The position numbers and the translations under genes were made by a program. A stretch of 64,000 bases of DNA, from NCBI GenBank assembly GCA_039621445.1, contig CP154954.1, positions 26,958,123-27,022,122 on the forward strand. The letters run 5' to 3'. Source of the stretch: Euglena gracilis. Lineage: Eukaryota. Under the pieces are notes generated by a model that worked only from the letters and a program-made list of their open reading frames with translations, ran no database searches and had not been told where the DNA came from. Positions 59,390-64,000 of the stretch are shown here, one piece after another; position 1 is the first letter of the stretch; each line of letters opens with the position of its first letter.

Positions 59390-61190
59390 TTGAGAAATTT
59401 TCCAGGAGTTTTGGAGAGAAAGCTCCATTTTACATATGCATGTAAAAGAATTACGTGCAGCCATTAGCACAGTGAAAAGTCTAAGCATGCCAGGGAAAAC
59501 AGTGTCCCTTTCAGTGGACAATTATGTGTAATATCTTATTACCTGAAAAATAGGGGGAGAAAAAACCCTGCATTCTGAGACCATTTTTCAGTTGGTGCAT
59601 TAAAAAAATGAACGTACAAGTGAAATGGGTTTCTTTACAGGAAAGCTTAGCAGACCACATAAGCAGGTGGGAGTCAGACAGGGGGTATTACTCACCGTAC
59701 CCCCAGCTCTTTCGACGGCTAAGGCGGCAGTTCAAAGATTTCATAGATTTAGTAACAGATTTATTTTCCTCCCCAGACGTCAAAAAAACTGCCCAATTTG
59801 TAGCCAGATGGACCCACTAGGAGGCCACAGCAGTGGATGCCCTTCAGTGCCCAGCGGATAACATGGGGGACCTTTATGCAAACCACTCTTGGACGATCAT
59901 TCAGAAACTTCCTCCGCAATCGAAAGACGTTCCCCCATACCAAAGGTTTGATGGTCATCCTCTTTTGGGATTCAGACACGCGGTTGCAACAACTAATAAA
60001 CATGAAAGTGCCAGGAACCGCCTGCCTGCAAAAAATTACGAACTGCAGCGGCGGAGGAAAGGCCACCCCCCAGGTGGCCCCTCCTTTACATTGTTTGCTC
60101 AGAGAAATATTGGAGGGGAAACAAATACAGAATAAAACCACTGACGATTTCCTGGTGAGAAATCCCAGCCTAACGCGTTACCTAAGTGCTGTTACGCTTT
60201 TTTAGTCTTTTTGGAAAAATAGGGTTCCCCCCACTGATGCCACCAAAGACCAACTGGCTGACGCTTTGATGAAATAATTTCAATTTTATAATTCCCAAGC
60301 CCGTAACACGTATAGTCCAATGCTTTTGCTCCCTGGGTTTGGTGTACTGAGGTTCAACACCATGTTAGCACCTTACAAAAGACTTTGGAACCAAAACCTG
60401 GAGAAATATGGTGAACTTTGTGGTACCCTCCCATTTCTCTTGGGGCTGGCCCAAGCCCCTTTCCACTCTTTTTTATCAACCTTCTGATCTGGAAAAAGTC
60501 CAGCGTACAACCAATTTGTTCCGAAAGGCGCCCTACACAAAAATTAAACGTAAACGTCAAAACCTCTACAAGTGGGAGGGAGTTTGTGGCAATTCCCCAA
60601 ATGTCTACAAATTAACCGGTTTCATGTGATGATGTCATATGTCGCTTTGACGCGCACATTTGTTTTACCGGGTGGTCCCGTACTCATCTCACTAAAACCC
60701 CATAAGTGCCGAAACAATTGCTTCAATAACCAAAAAAAATTAGGCAAGATTGGGTACCACCCCAGGTTTTAGGGGCCCATTCAACAAGAGGGGCAGAAAG
60801 ATGGTTTACTCAAAAAATGTGGGCTTTCTTCCTAAGAAGGTTGTGAAATTGGCCAGTGGAGGGTGGCGGAGGCTTTGTAATGCCCATTACCAATGACTTG
60901 GAGCCCAAAGCGTTTGAGAAAGGGCCGTGGCCCCCCTAATTTCAGTGCGCAATCATGCCTCACAAGGGAAAAGTGCGGTGCCCGAGGTGTCTTGTAAAAC
61001 CTCGAGGAAAAACGACAAGGTAGGAATGGACACCGAGGGCGAAGCACAAAGACCCTGTGAGCCAGCCCCCCCCACCCGAAAAAGAAAATTTGTCTTCAAA
61101 ATCCATCGGAACGAAAGGGACCACCACAGGGGTAATAAGCCATGTCAATACGTCGGAGCAGCATCGTCAGCGAACTCCGGCGAGGCGGCA
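59390..61190 (+). mobile_element. Degenerate, 5'-truncated DIRS1-like copy D (RNase H, MT, YR, ICR)
   Basis: VKWVS..LADHISRW, DLFSSP, DLYANHSW, YR remnant, ICR 60957-61061. Confidence 0.88.
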
Positions 61191-61520
61191 GTTTTGTCTG
61201 ATTGTTCGTTGCGCTGGTTTATGTGCCCCCGTTTGGTGCCTTTTTTTCGCCGGAGTTGGCTGATTCGTAAATAGCCCATCGATGACCCAGAAGAAACGAA
61301 CTGAGTTTCAAACGAAGTTGAACCAAACAGAGAAGACAGAATCAAAAGGATATTCAGAAGTAGATTCACCAGACAAATTTCAATCGGCAACTCGATGATC
61401 AATTTTCATATTCGACTTCAATGAATTTTTGAATTTTGGAATTTTTGCGGTCGACGTGATCAACCTAGAGCAGCTGCCGCCGCGGCAGCCGGAGGACCTG
61501 GAGGTGCAGACAACATGTCA
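61186..61520 (+). mobile_element. Partial left ITR, 5' UTR and ORF1 start of a DIRS copy fused head-to-tail to copy D
   Basis: GTGCCTTTTTTTCGCCGGAGTTGGCTGA...CCCAGAAGAAA matches the left ends of copies A and B. The poly-Ala ORF1 segment follows. Confidence 0.8.
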
Positions 61521-62768
61521 TGGACCGGTGTGCACGCACTCAATCTCTCTCTTACAGGATCTCGGGTACTCCGTCTTGTCCTTTGTGTTGTCTGACGACG
61601 TACAATAGGAGGGCAACCGTGACTCCCCCCTTGATATCTCCTCGGACGGGAAGAAATAAATGATCTGGGGGGTTGACCGCTCTGTTCTCCGTTGCCCCCT
61701 CTTGGGCAGCCTACTGGGGCTGCACTTTATATTTGATATAAGATTGGCACCTTAGCTTCTGGGGGACCATTTCTGGACGAACCCTTTGGCCTCCAGGTCC
61801 GTGTAAATTGTGGCCTTTTTGGCCCTGAAGATAATGGCGGCATGGCCCTGCACTTCTTGGCCTCTATGGCCGTGTTAATGAATATGATTCGAATTCTGGC
61901 CTCCTTGGCCATGATATCCTCTCCCTGCGGCTGAGCTTGGCGTTGGTCTCCAGCTCGACTTGAAATCTGGGGGGGTTTTCCCCCCCCTCTTCCCCTTGGG
62001 AGGGGTTGTTGTGTTGGAAAATGTTTGGGAATTTGACAGACCTTTCCTCCCCTTCCTGAAGGGAATTGCTTTTGCATTTGGCAACCATGTCCACGACCTT
62101 GGCCTTTATTCCATCTTCCCGACTTCTGTGAAAATTGTGTTTTGGCGGCTTGGCGCCGTTGTGGGACTTGCCTTTGGAATCCTGCGGCCTTGTTCTGTCC
62201 CATTTTGTTTCATCGGACCCCGTTTCCCAGGTCTTTCTGCCCGTAGCTTAATGGTGGTTCCTTCTTCCTTCTGGTCTTCCTAGCCACTGTGGTCCACAGG
62301 CCGTTGCCGTCAAGGGGTGGGGTTTCATGCTGGGATCTGAAGGTGGCATCAGTGGGGGTGGGGAGGCCACGGTTTGCGACACGTTGTCCGCACCTCCAGG
62401 TCCTGCAACTGCCGCGGCGACAGCTGCTCCAGGCAGTTCACGTCGACTGAATCATACTAGCTTCTTATCCACTTCATTGTTCACTGAAGTCGAACTTCAA
62501 ATTCATGATTGAATTATCAACTGAATTTTGTCAGGTTTGATTCCTTCTGTATACTCTTTTTATGTTGACTTCTCCTGTTGGTTGTTCCTCGTTTGAGATG
62601 GAGTTCCTTTCTTCTGGGTGTCGAAGGGAACTTTAAAAATCAGCCAACTCTGGCAAAAAAAAGGCATTAAGCAAGGATTTCTAACCCAGCGCAACAACAC
62701 AACCAAAACAACACCGCCTGCAAGCAAGGCATGGCATCACAAAGGAAAAGTGCGGAGCCCGAGGTCTC
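61521..62768 (-). mobile_element. 5' fragment of DIRS1-like copy E (left ITR and ORF1 remnant)
   Basis: Left ITR 62641-62768. GRWNKGQG...FPSGRG ORF1 homology. Confidence 0.88.
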
Positions 62769-63063
62769 AAGGTGCTCCGCGTCTGTGCCGCGGCAAATAA
62801 CTCGTCCGTGCGCCACGGTTTCTGCGCCGCGTGGAAAACTTCGCGGTGGCGCACTAAATGAAAGTCTGATGAACACGCAAAGGGCAAGGTACAAACACCA
62901 AGTGAGGTAATACTATGTTTTAAGCTTTTTTGGAGGGTTTGTTTTTGGGAAGGTTGGATTTTTCCCCCTTAGTGCCGCTATTTGTCGGTGTTTGCTCGCT
63001 CCTCGCCCCGGCGGGGCCGATTCCAGGATGGGACCGAGTATTTTTTTCCTTGTAGGGACGGGA

Positions 63064-63800
63064 GGGCTAACTTGTGTTTCTGCTACGCCCTTGGTGTCTC
63101 TTCCTCCCCTCTCAGTCTGCCGCAGGAAAGTGCGAGACACCTCGGGCTCGGAACTGCCTCCGAAAGCGAAAGGAAGACAACTGCGCCCCCCCACCCCGGG
63201 GAGGTCGGATCCACAAATGATTTTTGTGGAGAAGCGTGCCCCAAGTTTGATTGGGCATCCAACTGATAGTGGGAAGAAAAGGCCCCCACACTTTTCGACC
63301 GAGCAACCTCAAAAGCGTTTTTGGAGCTCAAACACAGTTGTTTCGTCATCTTCGTCCCCGCCCTCGTGGAAGAGTGTGGTTTCCCAAATATTGGAATCAA
63401 CCCCAAAAAAGTACAAGGCTTTGCTTTATGTCAATGGTGCTCTGCTTTCTGCCTTAATACCGCTGAAGCAGGGTTGTAAGGTCAAATCGTTCAGTTTGTA
63501 AACACCGCAGCCGCCTTCGCCACGAGGTTTGCAACTAATTTCTTTAGGGCCTCAAAAGGGTACACGCGGTCTCCCGCGACAGAAAAATACCGTCGGAAAT
63601 GTTCTGCAGCTCCGGTGTATCAACTCTTGTGATGAATTTGGCCAGCAGTTCTTCCGCCATAGGGAAATTAGGATCATTCCAACTCAGGGAAAGGGGGGAA
63701 AAGTTTTACCTTCCCAAAAAAAACATTCAACTTCAAGAAGCCGGCAAACAAAGCCCGACGGCACGTAGGGGAAGTGAGAAGCCTGGTGGATCCTTGATTT
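63064..63800 (-). pseudogene. Highly diverged DIRS ICR and YR remnant
   Basis: 63064-63158 aligns with the ICR. RKVWGP and HYQLDAQSNLGHA resemble the YR C-terminus. The right boundary is approximate. Confidence 0.65.
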
Positions 63801-63834
63801 ACTCCTGTTTTAGGGGAACCCCTAATCTCTGGAG

Positions 63835-64000
63835 AAAAAAGGACAAGGAAGAAAGGGACACTGAGGGCGAAGCACAAAGTCCTTGTGAGGCCACGCCCTG
63901 TTCGCCGGCGGCGTTTTTTTGGATTGTTTTGGTGCGCTGGGTTAGGAGTCCCTGCTTAGCGCTGCCTCACCGGAGCTGGCTGACGATGCTGCTTCAACGT
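63835..64000 (-). mobile_element. Right ITR and extension of a further DIRS copy continuing beyond the window
   Basis: Aligns with 42025-42175. Confidence 0.85.

Overview
Eukaryotic, repeat-rich nuclear DNA, most likely from a euglenid. This is inferred from a gene that mixes GT-AG introns with non-GT-AG, end-paired introns of the euglenid nonconventional type. The left part (~1.8-13.4 kb, + strand) holds a reconstructable gene of at least 11 exons encoding a protein with two RRM domains. The middle (~13.5-41 kb) is dense with MITEs (several hAT-like with 8-bp target-site duplications, TSDs), microsatellites and palindromes, plus scattered short exon candidates on the - strand. The right part (41.5-64 kb) is a nested cluster of DIRS1-like tyrosine-recombinase retrotransposons (gag-like, RT, RNase H, adenine methyltransferase-like and YR domains, with inverted terminal repeats, ITRs, and an internal complementary region, ICR). 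Top observations: (1) one nonconventional intron has the geometry of a hAT MITE with an 8-bp TSD, and intact CAG...CTG MITEs with 8-bp TSDs lie in the same window, which suggests a MITE-to-intron route; (2) DIRS copies are nested three deep in alternating orientation, with no TSD and no shared crossover core, and the nest appears bracketed by one hAT MITE; (3) DIRS coding interiors are almost free of CpG while their termini and the host exons are CpG-rich. All splicing calls come from sequence alone. Frameshifts in long homopolymer runs may be sequencing errors.
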